Assembly: GCA_964016885.1 (NCBI GenBank)
Contig: OZ024740.1
Location: forward strand, 216,876,001 to 216,940,000
Direction: 5' to 3'
Length of the DNA: 64,000 nucleotides
Origin: Eledone cirrhosa
Taxonomy: Eukaryota
In this document: positions 39,905 through 54,700 of the stretch, piece after piece
How positions within the stretch are numbered: the first letter of the stretch is position 1
Layout: each line of letters opens with the position of its first letter
Made by a program: the position numbers and the translations under genes
The notes under the pieces: generated by a model
The model's input: the letters and a program-made list of their open reading frames with translations, nothing else
Databases searched by the model: none
What the model was told of the DNA's origin: nothing

Positions 39905-40285
39905 GTATACAAGAGCAACTGTTTTCTATATTTTCTTTTCTGTTGCATGTTGTAGTAATTGCTGCTAAAACCATTTCTACTTATTTGTCTATGAAGGTCT
40001 AGTCATGTGTTGATGTTGTTGTTGTTGTTGTTGTTGTTGTCCAGTCTACAGTTAGATTCCTCCCCCTCCCCCTCCTCCTTCATCAGGGTCCCTTGTCTCC
40101 TTGGTGATAGGACAGATATGAAAACAGTTCTGCTTGGTGTCAACACAATCTATTTATGATGTTGGCTAATGTAAATACTGACTCATCTCACTATACACTC
40201 TCTCTTCTCTCCTTTTATTTCACTTCACTTTGCCCACCACACTACATTCTCTCTATCTCTCTTTTTTCTTCACCCCCCACCCCTC

Positions 40286-40317
<32 letters not shown>

Positions 40318-40749
40318 TATTATGATATATATGTGTGTGCGTGTGTGTGTGTGTGTATATGTATATATATATATGTGTATATATATATATGTATGTGTAT
40401 GCGTGTGTGTGTATATATATATATACACACACATACACACATTATGATATGATATATATATATATATATGTGTGTATATATATATATATATAAGTATATA
40501 TATATGTATATGTATATATACACACTCACACACACACACACATACACACATATATATATACATATATACACACACATACACACAGAAACACACTGATGGG
40601 TTGGTGTGTACATATATAAGTATATATATTTAGTGTGTGTATATATGTCCATATATTTATATCTATACACACACATAAACACACCTTTCTTTCTGTTATG
40701 AAAGTACCACATTCTGTAAATAAAACCAAAAGCTCCACCTGATATTAGA

Positions 40750-41789
40750 CACTCTCCCCCCCCCCTCTCTCTCTCTTTCACTCCCTCTCTCTCTCTTTCA
40801 CTCCCCCTCTCTCTCTCTCTTTCACTACCCCACTCCCTCCTCTTTCACTACCCCACTCTCTTTCTCTCTTCCACTCCCCCCTCTCTCTCTCTCTTTCACT
40901 CCCTCTCCTCTCCCTCTTCCCCATCCCCGCCCCTCTATATCTCCTGTTATTCTACATATCCTTCCTTCTCCCTATCTTTCTTTCATGTTTATTTTCTTCT
41001 CTTGGTCCTCTTCCTATCTCTCTCTCTCTCTTGGGACTTCTCTCTCACTTTCTTCTCCTAATCTTTCTGCACTTGTCTATCTCCCACTCTATGCATCTAT
41101 CACTTTATCCATCTATCTATCTACCACTCCATCTATCTATCTACCACTCCATCTATCTATCTACCACTCTATCTACCACTCCATCTATCTATCTACCACT
41201 TTATCTACCTGCCACATTATTTCTATCCTGGGGGCCCTTGTCCCCTCTGTCTTTCTCTTATTCCACCCCCACCTCCATGTATCCCTAGGCTGTTCTACCA
41301 CCACCACCACACACCCTCCCCCATGTGTCCCTAGGCTGTTCCACCACCACCACCACCACCACACTCCCTCCCCCACATATCCCTAGGCTGTTCCACCACC
41401 ACACCACACACCCTCACCATTTAGACACTGTTTACTCTTCTTTGGTCTCTGGCTCTGGCCAGTAGTAGTTTCACTGACTGACTGAAAAATATAATATACT
41501 ACAGCCAACAAACTCTCTCTCTCTCACTCTCTCTCTCTCTTTCTCTCTCTGTTTATCATATTCTCTCTCACTCTGTCTATCTCACACATTTTTACACTTC
41601 TCTCTATACTCTTTACCTCTCCCATTTCCCTCTCTCTATACTCTCTACCTCTCCCATTTCCCTGTTATTTTCTCAGTATATTTCTCTCACACCCTCTCTC
41701 TCTCTTACACTATCTTTCTCACACACACACACACACACACTCTCTCTCTCTCTCTCTCACACTATCTTTCTCACACACACATATTATAG

Positions 41790-41832
<43 letters not shown>

Positions 41833-42115
41833 TACACTCACTCCCTTTCTATCTCACACACTCTCCCTATCTCTATCTCACATTCACACACTCTCTTTAT
41901 TTCACATACACTCTCTCCCTCTCTCTCACATACACACTCTCTCCCCCACACACACACCCCCTCTCTCTCTCACATACACACACACATCCTCTCTATCTCA
42001 CATCCACTCTCTCTATCTCATGCACTCTCTCTATATATCCTATTCTCTCTCTCTCTCTCTCACTCACACCCCTTCTCTTTCAGTTGCTTTCTTCTCCTTT
42101 CTCTCCCTCCCTCTA
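40750..42115. repeat. Polypyrimidine/(CT)n/(CA)n low-complexity region
   Basis: Direct observation. Confidence 0.9.
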
Positions 42116-42681
42116 CCTGTCTATAGTTATCTGTCAGTCAGTGTCTCAATCTGTCTGTCTGTCAAACCAACTAGCTGGCAGGCAGGCTGGCTGGCCAGCT
42201 GGTTGGCTGGCTGGCTAGTTTTCATGGCCAGTCAGCTGGATTGAGTTTTATGGATGGATAGAAAGTTCTAAGGAACAAGATACAACAGATGACTCTCACT
42301 GAAGTGTCCATCAAACATTACATTATTACTAAGTTATCTTCCTCTTCTGTCTTCCATGGAATACCACCACCAACACCATCAACACCACCACCACCACCAC
42401 CATCAATATATTCAGTCAGGTAGTGTATTCCTTACTTTCAACAAACTTTCCTTTCCTCAGCTATCCTCAAGCTTTACCACTACTACTACTTTTATAACAT
42501 TTGAAACAAACACACACATGCACACGCACACGCACGCACACGCACACACGCACACGCACACACATGCGCATATGCACACACGCACATGCACAAATATGTG
42601 TGAATATATATATATTTGTGCATACATGTACGTGTGTGTACATGTGAATTTATATATATATGTATGTGTGTGTACATGTGC

Positions 42682-42735
<54 letters not shown>

Positions 42736-43390
42736 GCATGTGTGTACATGTGAATATATATATATGTATGTGTGTGTGCATGTGAATAAATGTATATGTA
42801 TGTGTGCATGTAATATATATATGTGTGTGTGTGTACATATGAATATATATATATATGTATATATGTATGTGCATATATGTATGTGTGTGTACATGTGAAT
42901 ATACATATATATATATATATGTATGTGTGTGTGTATATATATATAAGAGTGTGATTGTGTGATAGGTACCGGGTGTTGCACTAGTGGTGCTGCAGGGCAG
43001 TTGGGACTGGGGGGGGGGGTATTTGGTAATCTCCCCTTTATTAGAGGTCTCTGTACTATTATTTCAAATGTTTTCTATAATATTTACATATCTTTTATAG
43101 TCTATTGTCTTGTGAATCTCTTGTCAGACTTTCTCGATGTGATTTATTTACCTGTACACTGATGCACACACGTGTTTTAATATTTGATATCTATTGGTAT
43201 CATGTACACACATTCACACAAACACAAAACACACATGCAAACAAAAACACTCAAACGCGCACATACACGTACACACAAAGCCATACAAGCAAACACAAAC
43301 ACATAATTATCGTTTTATGTGAACTGCCCATGCTGACATGAGTTGGGCAGTTTGTTACGGCATGGGGCAGTTGCTATTCAGAGTTACTTC

Positions 43391-43548
<158 letters not shown>

Positions 43549-43643
43549 GTATATGTATATATATATATGTATATATATATATATGTATATATATATATGT
43601 ATATATATATATGTATATATATATATATGTATATATATATGTG

Positions 43644-43757
<114 letters not shown>

Positions 43758-44019
43758 TATGTAAATATATATGTATATATATATATATATGTATATATAT
43801 ATGTATATGTATATATATATGTATGTATATATATATATATGTATATATATATGTATGTATATATATATGTATGTATATATATATGTATATATATATGTAT
43901 ATATATATATGTATATATATATGTATATATATATGTATATGTATATATGTATGTATATATATATATGTATATGTATATATATATGTATGTATATATATAT
44001 ATGTATGTATATATATATG

Positions 44020-44052
<33 letters not shown>

Positions 44053-44261
44053 GTATATGTATATATATATCTATGTATATATATATGTATATATATATAT
44101 ATATATGTATATGTATATATATATGTATGTATATATATATGTATGTATATATATATATGTATATATATATATGTATGTATATATATATATATGTATATAT
44201 ATGTATATATATATATGTATGTATATATATATATATGTATATATATGTATATATATATATG

Positions 44262-44308
<47 letters not shown>

Positions 44309-44323
44309 GTATATATATATATG

Positions 44324-44370
<47 letters not shown>

Positions 44371-44493
44371 GTATGTATATATATATGTATATATATGTAT
44401 ATATATGTATGTATATATATATGTATATATATGTATATATATATATGTATGTATATATATGCATATATATATATATGCATATACATTTATATG

Positions 44494-44528
<35 letters not shown>

Positions 44529-44572
44529 GTATGTGTAAATATATATGTATATATGGATATCTATGCATATGT

Positions 44573-44905
44573 GGAGGCTTAGTGGTTAGAGCATTGGCCT
44601 TGCAATCGAAAGGTTGTGAGTTCAATTCTCAGACCGGGTGATGTGTTGTTTCCTTGAGCAAGACACTTTATTTCACATTGCTCCAGTTTACTCAGCTGTA
44701 GAAATGAGATGATAGGGACCCCAGTCCCTATCATTCCACTGCAAAGTGGTCGTGTAGGTGCCACGGAAAAAAAGCACCCAGCACTCACTGTGAATGAGGT
44801 TGGTGTTAGGAAGGGCATCCAGCTGTAGAAATCAAGCCAGAATCAGTTCCCGTCCCACCCTTGCAAGCAGGGAAAAGCGGACGTAAAATGATGATGATGA
44901 TGATG
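44573..44905 (+). mobile_element. SINE family 2
   Basis: Near-full-length copy with (ATG)n tail. Confidence 0.9.
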
Positions 44906-44959
44906 TGTATATATATATGTATGTATATATGTGTATATATATATATGTATATATATATG

Positions 44960-45135
44960 TATTGTTATACTTGGGGAGGGTCATATTGTAGTAATATTGT
45001 CAGAAATAATAACAGAACTCACTGTTTGGTTGGTTTTTGCTTCTGTATCTTTTATATCTCCATAGTTAATTTATTTGTCAATCAATGTTTATCATTGATT
45101 GACCAGCGGTTAAAAATACAGATATAAATATATAT
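44960..45135. repeat. TA-flanked dispersed repeat (inverted homologue at 16848-17000)
   Basis: Shared gtcaatcaatgtttatcattgattgacc hairpin and ggttaaaaatacagatataaa. Confidence 0.7.
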
Positions 45136-45243
45136 ATAGTCTAACAAAGTTCTTTTGTTGCACATCTGCAACATCATCAGTGGTACTATTATGTTTCCTC
45201 CTGTCTGTTGTATTGTATGTCTATGCCATTTTTATTGTATATA

Positions 45244-45318
<75 letters not shown>

Positions 45319-45337
45319 GTATATATATATATATACG

Positions 45338-45368
<31 letters not shown>

Positions 45369-45456
45369 GGTCCAAACCCATGCAAGCGTGGAACACGGAC
45401 GTTAAACGTTGATGATGATGATGATGATATGTATATATATATGTATGTATATATAT

Positions 45457-45506
<50 letters not shown>

Positions 45507-45749
45507 GTATATATATATGTATATATGTGTATGTATATATATATATTTATATATGCATATATTTATATATGTATATGTATATATACAGGAAAAGAGTCAG
45601 GACCCCGACGGGTGAGCTCCGGCTGTTTCGACAGCTAGATCCGAACTGTATATATATATATGCGGTGCCCTAGCATGATCTCAGCCAAATGGCTGGAACA
45701 GGTTAAAGAGTAAAAGAGTATATGTGTGTTTATATATATATATATATAT

Positions 45750-45897
45750 AGTAATAATAATAAATGTGAAGACTAAAATCCATAGAGGGTTCGATAAGGT
45801 AAATATATATCAAATATATATCAAATATATAAGAACCCATTGTGGGTGAAACCACAGATTCTTTGCTTAAATTTTGATCTGTTATTTTTAATAAATA
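45750..45897. mobile_element. 55371-family copy, tail (-) fused to body (+)
   Basis: gtaataataataaat.tgaagactaaaatcc followed by gggtgaaaccacagattctttgcttaaa. Confidence 0.65.
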
Positions 45898-45937
45898 TAT
45901 ATATATATATGTATGTATATATGTGTATATATATATG

Positions 45938-45998
<61 letters not shown>

Positions 45999-46294
45999 GT
46001 GTATCTATATATATGTATGTATATATGTATCTATATATGTATGTATTTGTATCTATATATTTATATGTATGTATATATGTATCTATATATATGTATATAT
46101 ATGTATGTATATATATATGTATATATATATATGTATGTATATATGTATGTATATATATTTACTTGGTGAGGAGGGTGATTTTGAACACTTTGCAGGACAA
46201 AAAAAACGAAACCTGACAAAGGGTGAAAGAACTCATAAGAGTCAACAGCCATCCAAAAATGTGTAAATACGTATATGCACGGGGACATAGAATT

Positions 46295-46552
46295 AGTTGT
46301 GCTGGATACCCGATTGTGTGGTTAAACCACTGGGAATGAGGGACCCCTAGCCTTTGTCAGGGCATTCTTCTAGGAGAAGGCAACTCAGGAAACTGGGATA
46401 ACTCCGATATAAAACCTGCGGCTCAGTAGTTGCCGATGATGTTGATCTTTTCTTCTTTTCGGGTTATAGCTACTGTCGCTCAGAGAGTGGGATTGGCTCA
46501 GTGAATAGTCTTTCCTCACTTTAAAAAAATCTACACGCACAGGCATTGCACG
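46295..46552 (+). mobile_element. Possible RTE-like 5' UTR fragment
   Basis: ctaggagaaggcaactc motif recalled from RTE 5' regions. Confidence 0.3.
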
Positions 46553-47158
46553 ATAGAATTAATTAATAATTATTAATAATAGTATACCGTAAAATGACCA
46601 TACTCGATAACGAGGGGGCAGCCATCATTTGTATATGTATATATGTATGTATATGTATATATGTATGTATATGCATATATGTATATATATATATTTGTAT
46701 ATATATATGTGTATATATATGTATATGCATATATTTGTATATGTATATATGTATATATATGTTTATATGTATATCATCATTATCATCATCATCGTTTAAC
46801 GTCCATCTTCCACACTTGCATGGGTTTGGACGGTATATATGTATGTATATATATATATGTATGTATATGTATGTATATATATATGTATATATGTATATAT
46901 ATGTATATGTATGTATATATATATATATCTATATGTGTGTATGTATAAGTATAAGTATGTACATGTATAATGTATAAGTATAAGTATGTACATGTATATA
47001 TATGTATATGTATGTATATATATATATGTATAAGTATGTATATGTATATATATGTATAGATGTATATGTATATATATATATGTATATATATATATGTATA
47101 TATATGTATATATATATGTATATATATATGTATATATATGTATATATATATGTATATA

Positions 47159-47213
<55 letters not shown>

Positions 47214-47234
47214 GTATATGTATATATATATATA

Positions 47235-47513
47235 CTCAGACCGGGTGATGTGTTGTTTCCTTGAGCAAGACACTTTATTTCACATTGCTCCAGTTTACTC
47301 AGCTGTAGAAATGAGTTGATAGGGACTGGGGTCTCTATCATTCCACTGTAAAGGTGGTCATGGAGGTGCCACGGCAAAAAAGCACCCAGCACTCACTGTA
47401 AATGAGGTTGGTGTTAGGAAGGGCATCCAGCTGTAGAAATCAAGCCAGCATCAGTTCCCGTCCCACCCTTGCAAGCAGGGAAAAAACAGACGTAAAATGA
47501 AATGATGATGATG
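47235..47513 (+). mobile_element. SINE family 2, 5'-truncated
   Basis: Starts at ctcagaccggg. Confidence 0.88.
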
Positions 47514-47534
47514 ATATATATGTATATATATATG

Positions 47535-47589
<55 letters not shown>

Positions 47590-47657
47590 GTATATATATA
47601 TGTATATGTATATATATATGTATATATATATATAGGTATATATATATGTATATGTAT

Positions 47658-47707
<50 letters not shown>

Positions 47708-47714
47708 GTATATA

Positions 47715-47753
<39 letters not shown>

Positions 47754-47924
47754 GTATTTATGTATATATATGTATATGTATATATATTTATGTATATATA
47801 TGTATATATATGTGTATATATATATGTATATATGTATATGTATATGTGTATATGTATATGTGTATATGTATATATACACATATACATATACACATATCTT
47901 CTTATATACATTTCTTCTTTTTGG

Positions 47925-48218
47925 TAAATATCATCTTGGTTAAGAGAGTGTACTGGCTTTGTGCAGTGCCTTTGCTCACTATAAAAGCTTCACAGCACAG
48001 GCATTTTTTATATCTGGAGATCTCTCTGCACTTGTCCTCACATGGTACCATGGGCCCAGCACTATGTGTCAATAATTGTCACAAGTGTAGTGTTTGTACC
48101 AGAGTTTTCAAGTCGCTGGCTGGACTAAAAAGTCACACTCGTTCAGCGCATCGGTAGGGGTTCTCCTACATGGATATAAAGTAGTGGCCGTACTCGAAAA
48201 CGAGTTGGCAGCCACCAT
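47925..48218 (+). mobile_element. RTE-BovB-like LINE 3' end with a terminal C2H2 finger
   Basis: [24 protein letters not shown], then tactcgaaaacgag...gcagcca end; a second copy of that end at 46592-46629. Confidence 0.6.
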
Positions 48219-48463
48219 ATGTATATATATTTATGTATATGTGTATATGTATATATAGTTATGTATATATATTTATGTACATATATATGTATATATATTT
48301 ATGTATATATATGTATATGTATATACATATATGTATATATATATGTATATATATATATGTATATATATACATATATGTATATATGTATATATATATATGT
48401 ATATATATATATGTATATATATGCATATATGTATATATATATATATATGTACATACATATATG

Positions 48464-48496
<33 letters not shown>

Positions 48497-49216
48497 GTAT
48501 ATACATATATGTATATATAATATATATATATGTATATATAATATATATATATATATGTATATACATATATGTATATATAATATATATATATATGTATATA
48601 CATATATGTATATATATACATATATGTATATATATATATGTATATATATATATACATATATGTATATATAATATATATATATGTATATACATAGATGTAT
48701 ATATAATATATATATATGTATATACATATATGTATATATAATATATATATATATATGTATATACATATATGTATATATAATATATATATATATAGTATAA
48801 ACATATATGTATATATATATATATATATAGATATATGTATATATATGTATATATATCAGACCCCAGATTGCTGAAGCTCACTGAGGAGATGACGAAGGAC
48901 CGTGATAAGTGGAGAGATGCTGTCCCACCCTTGCATGCAAGGAAAAGTGGACGTAAAATGATGATGATGATGATGATGGTATATATACATATATATCTAT
49001 ACATATATATATATGTGAAAACAAATATATATATATATATATATTGTGTGTGTGTGCAATGTGTGCATGTGTTGCTATTACATACACATGCCTACACATG
49101 TCTATATAGTACATGCATCAGAAATAATTCATATATGTCAGGTGATTTTTGAAAAGAAACAGGATTGGGTTTAAAGAATACACTAAACATATTCATTATT
49201 TATCTGTTGACTTATA

Positions 49217-49560
49217 TCATCATCATCATCATCATCACCGTTTTACGTCCGTTCTTCCACTTTAGCTTGGGTTAGACGGGTTGTCTTGTTGTGGGCAGTG
49301 TCCAGTCGGCTGACCTTGTCTTGCTCATACAGGAACTGATTATGGCTTGATTTCTACAGCTGGATGCCCTTCCTAACACCAACCTCATTTACAGTGAGTG
49401 TTGGGTGCTTTTTTTCCGTGGTACCTACACATCCACTTTACAGTGTGGGCTGGGTTTTTTTTTTGCTGTGGCACCTCCACGACCACTTTGCAGTGGAATG
49501 ATAGGGACCCCAGTCCTATCATCTCATTTTTACAGCTGAGTAAACTGGAGCAATGTGAAA
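49217..49560 (-). mobile_element. SINE family 2 variant with a full-length RTE A tail
   Basis: SINE core joined to the complete RTE 3' UTR as at 6885-7110. Confidence 0.8.
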
Positions 49561-50110
49561 TATATATATATATACATATTTATATATATACATATATATA
49601 CATACATACACTCACACGCACACACACATATATATATACAATGTGTGTGTATGTATGTATGTATGTATATATATATATATATATCATTTTATGTCAATTC
49701 TCTATAGTGACACGGGCTGGAGTGGCCGGTAACTGGATGAGGTCAGAAGGAGCACTCCTTGTCCATAAACATTTCATTTTTACACCATAGATGTGTGTGG
49801 GTGGACACCGACACACATACACACAGAGGAGGAAATCCTAGATATACACACACATAAATTTTATGAATATTACATACTTAGAGACCAGAACTTTAATTGT
49901 GGAGAAAAAACTGTTTCAATAATGGAATTCTCCTCTAATTGTTTTTAGTTAAACATCAACAAAAAATGTTTGAGGTTTTTTTTTTTCAAATATTGTTTCC
50001 CCTTTTATTACTTCAGTTTTATATTTACATTTATTTTGTATATTATTTTATTGAAATATTTCCAGGCTACCATGTGTTGCGAACATTTCTTCTTGAGAAA
50101 GGAATAAGAA

Positions 50111-50230
50111 ATATGTTTTGTTGTGTGATTTGTGTGGTATATGCCAATATAAATGTGTGCAGTGATATCATACTCTGCTATGTAAGATCATAGAGTGCTC
50201 ACCCGGCATACTGCCTCTTAGCTACCATCA

Positions 50231-50269
<39 letters not shown>

Positions 50270-50342
50270 TGTATATATACATACATATCACTGTACACAT
50301 TTATATTGGCATATACCACACAGATCACACAACAAAACATAC
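50111..50342. repeat. 58-bp inverted repeat (50111-50168 / 50285-50342)
   Basis: tgttttgttgtgtgatttgtgtggtatatgccaatataaatgtgt and its reverse complement. Confidence 0.85.
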
Positions 50343-50413
50343 ATATATATATAAACTATGTATGTATCTCTTTGTCTGTGTGTATATATACATATGCACA
50401 CCTGGCATAATCG

Positions 50414-50514
<101 letters not shown>

Positions 50515-50644
50515 TATATGTGTGTGTGTGAATATATATATATTTCCCATATCTTACGTTAAATATTTTCCATCTTGACGTAATAGTCACTTATATGTAT
50601 GAATTACTGTTGGCTTCTTGCTCACATTAATTTCTCTATTTTTC

Positions 50645-50755
<111 letters not shown>

Positions 50756-50844
50756 TTTATTTATTTAAATATATATATATTTATATACTGCCATGACTGA
50801 ATTTCAACCATCTACATAGTCAAGGTATGTCAAGCATCATCTTA

Positions 50845-50907
50845 TTTTATCTGATGAGGACGTACTGTTGAAGATAGCTCAGTACCTCTGAAATATGTAT
50901 AATAAAA
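50845..50907 (+). ncRNA. Hammerhead ribozyme (37511 family)
   Basis: UUUUAU CUGAUGA GGAcGUACUG..CAGUACcUCU GAAA UAUGUA UA AUAAAA. Confidence 0.7.
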
Positions 50908-51396
50908 TATACTTGATCACACGAATGTCTATATTTGTTAATATTTTGAATTAATATATATATATTTATATATATAAACAAGTGAGGTTTCACTTCAAGG
51001 TTTTTATTGATTCGACACAGTTGGGTGGTTCAGGATCTATGTAAATGGTATATATATATATATGCACACATGGCATGATCATTTCATATATAATAAACTA
51101 TGTATGTATCTCTGTGTGTGTGTATATATATATACATATATGTGTCTGTGTGTGCATGTATGTACATATGGCATGATATACCTATATGGGGCAAGGTGGA
51201 CCAGTTGACATTCGTGTCAATCGTTTTAATGGAGCCTCATTGCCCCAAGCTCTAGCTTTTATTCTTGCATATTAAATGTAACCACCCATATATAAATTAT
51301 ATATATTTAGTACTGTTTTTAATATACTTAATGAATTTGAAATAGAGCTTACATTTTGCATTTGGCCTGGTTATATATGTGTGTGTGTTTGTTTAT

Positions 51397-51576
51397 AATT
51401 GTTTCTACTTTTGGCACAAGGCCAGCAATAACCCAGTGCATTACTGGTACTTTATTTTATCGACCCCGTAAGGATGAAAGGCAAAGTTAACCTCGGCGGG
51501 ATTTGAACTCAGAATGGCAAGGGCCATAACTCTATGTGTCAAAGCATGGCGTCCGACCCTCTACTGATACTGGCAA
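51397..51576 (-). mobile_element. SINE family 1
   Basis: Reverse complement of the 61069 copy. Confidence 0.88.
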
Positions 51577-51690
51577 TTTATAATATACATTCTCTATACT
51601 CATAATTTCAAAATTCTTAACAAAATATTGGGAATGGAAAGTACCATCTGATTTATCTACAACAGTGGCTTATATATGATGTGTGTGTGT

Positions 51691-51721
<31 letters not shown>

Positions 51722-51957
51722 CATAATGTGTATATATATTTATATATATAAGAGAGTGTTAAAGTTTGCTTGAAGCATTGTGGAATAATAAAATTGGTCA
51801 ACAATGCAGATGGGTAAATCTCCAGGTAACAGAATCGGGTGGTAATGAGAGATGTGAGAGGAAATGTAGAATGAGACTTATAGTGTGTAGAGGAACGTAG
51901 GAAAGAGTGTAAAAATAATAACACTAAATAGAGTTACCTTGGAAGTGATTTAATTTT

Positions 51958-51992
51958 CCCTATATTTCGGATTTCACATCCATCAACTGGGG
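51958..51992 (-). ncRNA. Hammerhead-like motif, CAGUUGA core
   Basis: CCC CAGUUGA U GGAU GUGAA AUCC GAAA UA UA GGG. Confidence 0.5.
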
Positions 51993-52117
51993 GTTTTCCG
52001 AGGGGGAAAGTTTTTAGTCGGAGAGGAACAATACATGGCCTCTGTTGTACACAAACGGCAGACAACAGAGGCTACGTATTGTTCCTCTCCGACCAAAAAA
52101 TTTCCCTCTCGGAAAAC

Positions 52118-52152
52118 CCCCAGTTGATGGATGTGAAATTCGAAATATAGGG
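52118..52152 (+). ncRNA. Hammerhead-like motif, CAGUUGA core
   Basis: CCC CAGUUGA U GGAU GUGAA AUUC GAAA UA UA GGG. Confidence 0.5.
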
Positions 52153-52480
52153 ACAATTAAATCACTTCCAAGGTAACTCTATTTAGTGTTATTATTTTTA
52201 CACTCTTTCCTACGTTCCTCTACACACTATAAGTCTCATTCTAGATTTCCTCTCACATCTCTCTCTCTCATTACCACCTGATTCTGTTACCCGGAGATTT
52301 ACCCATCTGCATTGTTGAGGCTTCCAAAACGACCAATATATATATATATATATCCTGTCTAAACCCATGCTAGCGTGGAAGATAGACGTTAAACGATGAT
52401 GATGATGATGATATATATACACATAATATATATTCATTATATATATATATACATTTGGAATATATATATATATATACAAT

Positions 52481-52665
52481 TGGTGGAATGGCAGTATCGG
52501 TAGAGGGTCGGACGCCATGCTTTCCAGCATAGTTACGTCCCTTTACGATCTGAGTTCAAATCCCGCCGAGGTTGACTTTGCCTTTCATCCTTACGGGGTC
52601 GATAAAATAAAGTACCAGTAATGCACTGGGTAATTGCTGGCCTTGTGCCTAAAGTAGAAACAATT
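52481..52665 (+). mobile_element. SINE family 1
   Basis: Full-length copy. Confidence 0.88.
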
Positions 52666-52713
52666 ATATATATATATACACATAGTGTATATATATGGCT
52701 GGAACAGGTAAAA

Positions 52714-52763
<50 letters not shown>

Positions 52764-52894
52764 GTATATATTTATACAACCAGTGCTAAGCTACTGCTTG
52801 TTTGTCAAATGAATTGTATGTAGTGTTGCACGTTAACTCAAGCACTTAATTGCTATTCATTTGCACATTTAAACAGGTGTATATATCTTTGGTG

Positions 52895-53885
52895 TTTATA
52901 TATATAAATGGCATTACTGACACCATCCAGCATAGCAACATCAGAATCTTCACAGATGATTCCAAGCTCCAGAAGCTCATCAAGGAAGTGGGTGACTGGA
53001 CATGCCTTCAATCAGATCTACTGGCTGTTATCTGGTGGGATATGCTGCTGAATGAGGATTAATTTGAGTTAATCCACTTTGGAAAAGAGGATGCCCTGAA
53101 ACTCCCATATTCCCTCCCTTCCCTTGGGTGAAACACTCGTGGCATCCAACAACATCAGAGACTTAGAAATAATTGTGGACAACAACATAAGCTGGGCCAC
53201 TCATATTATCAGCAAAGTTGACATGGCCCCGCAGAATGTGATCCTAGATCTTCAGAACCTTCCAGTCGAGAGGTATCCACACAATTATACCTCCATTCTC
53301 CACTTTTACCCAACCCCACCTTGAATACTGTTGTCCACTGTGGTCTCCCCACACAAAACAAAGTATCATGAAAGTTGAATCACCCCCAAAGATCGATTAC
53401 AAAAAAGATAGATTTCATGACAAGCCTTGACTACTGGGGTCGACTAGAAAAACTCAAACTTTATTCTCGCCAACGTCGTCATGAGCGCTACATTATCTGC
53501 ATGATGTGAAAAATATTCTATCAGCATTGCCCAAATGATGTTGGCATCACCTTTAAGGTACACCCAAGGCTTGGGCCCAGTGCTATCCACCCACAACAAA
53601 AATCACACTTACATCTCAGAACAACAATACAACACAATTATTTCACCTCAATTGACCTTGCTCTTTTTCACATTACACCAAAACACATTAAAACAGAAAC
53701 AGACCCCATAAAGTTCAAGAAGTCTTTGGAAAATTCCTTCAAGAAATCCCGGATAAACCTCCTACACCTGGATGTGTCTCTGTAAACAATAACTCCCCTC
53801 TTGAGTGGGCCATGGTGTCCAAACCCAGGTGGTGCTATTAAGTTAGACATGGCCTGGGCCAATACTGGCCGAAACCTATCAAAGT
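52895..53885 (+). mobile_element. CR1/L2-group LINE, RT C-terminal half and 3' end (decayed)
   Basis: YINGITDTIQHSNIRIFTDDSKL, LQSDL, IRDLEIIVD, PHLEYCCPLWSP, LEKLKLYS; stops and frameshifts. Confidence 0.88.
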
Positions 53886-54469
53886 TATATATATATATAT
53901 ATATATATCTTCGTAAACTTAGTGGTAACAAGCCGAAATTCCTCAGCTCATGGTCAATCCTCTACTTTTCTGTATCATACCTTGTATCGAATATGTCTTT
54001 GATTTGTGGTCTTCTTGGCCCCACAATTGAAGATTATAACAGTTACCGGTGGCACGCCGTTTGATGCACTTGATGCTGTTACATGGTCCATTTCGTTTGG
54101 GTTGTATTCGAGTGTTATGGCTGTTGTGTGCACCGTGTAAATAGATATATATTTAATTGAAAATATATATGTATATGTGTATATATATATAATTCTAAGG
54201 ACATGATTTATATATATCTAATAATTCTAAGGACAGGATTTATGATATATATATATATATACACACATATATATATATACAGACATGTGTACTGTATATA
54301 TGTATGTCTATATATATATCATCATCGTTTTATGTCCATTTTTCCACGCTACCATGGGTTTATATATATGTGTATGTGTGTTTATATATATATGTGTGTG
54401 TGTATATATATGTGTGTGTGTATATATATATATGTGTATGTGTGTGTATATATATATATATATATATGC

Positions 54470-54700
54470 CTTAGTCTTAGGTTCTTACGTGCCTTTCAGC
54501 GCATCAAGCTATAATTAGTCACCAATGGTCACAATCAGCAGCAGCTTTTTCGCATCTGTGCCAAGTGATGTTGGCTGCCATCAGGTCTTTTGGGAATATT
54601 CATTGCCCGGTGATCCTGAGGCAACCCCACTTCTATTTGCCACCAGGTAGAGTCCAGGTCATTGCTGTTTCCAAGTGTCGTTCATTGGGCATGTACACCC
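54470..54700 (-). mobile_element. Probable RTE-type 3' end (second tail copy at 58513-58572)
   Basis: Shared ttaggttct...gtgcc...gc.catcaagc...tagtcaccaa.ggtcacaat. Confidence 0.45.

Larger units (their letters stand above)
51750..52337. mobile_element. Palindromic HHR-like element (arms 51798-52048 / 52062-52318)
   Basis: Inverted ~250-bp arms in TA context. Confidence 0.8.

Noticed and set aside
44573-44635. tRNA genes
   Set aside because: The A/B boxes are SINE heads continuing into core and tail; no complete cloverleaf
48082-48157. C2H2 zinc finger as a host ZNF gene
   Set aside because: Single finger without a TGEKP linker, followed directly by a stop and a repeated retroelement-type 3' end
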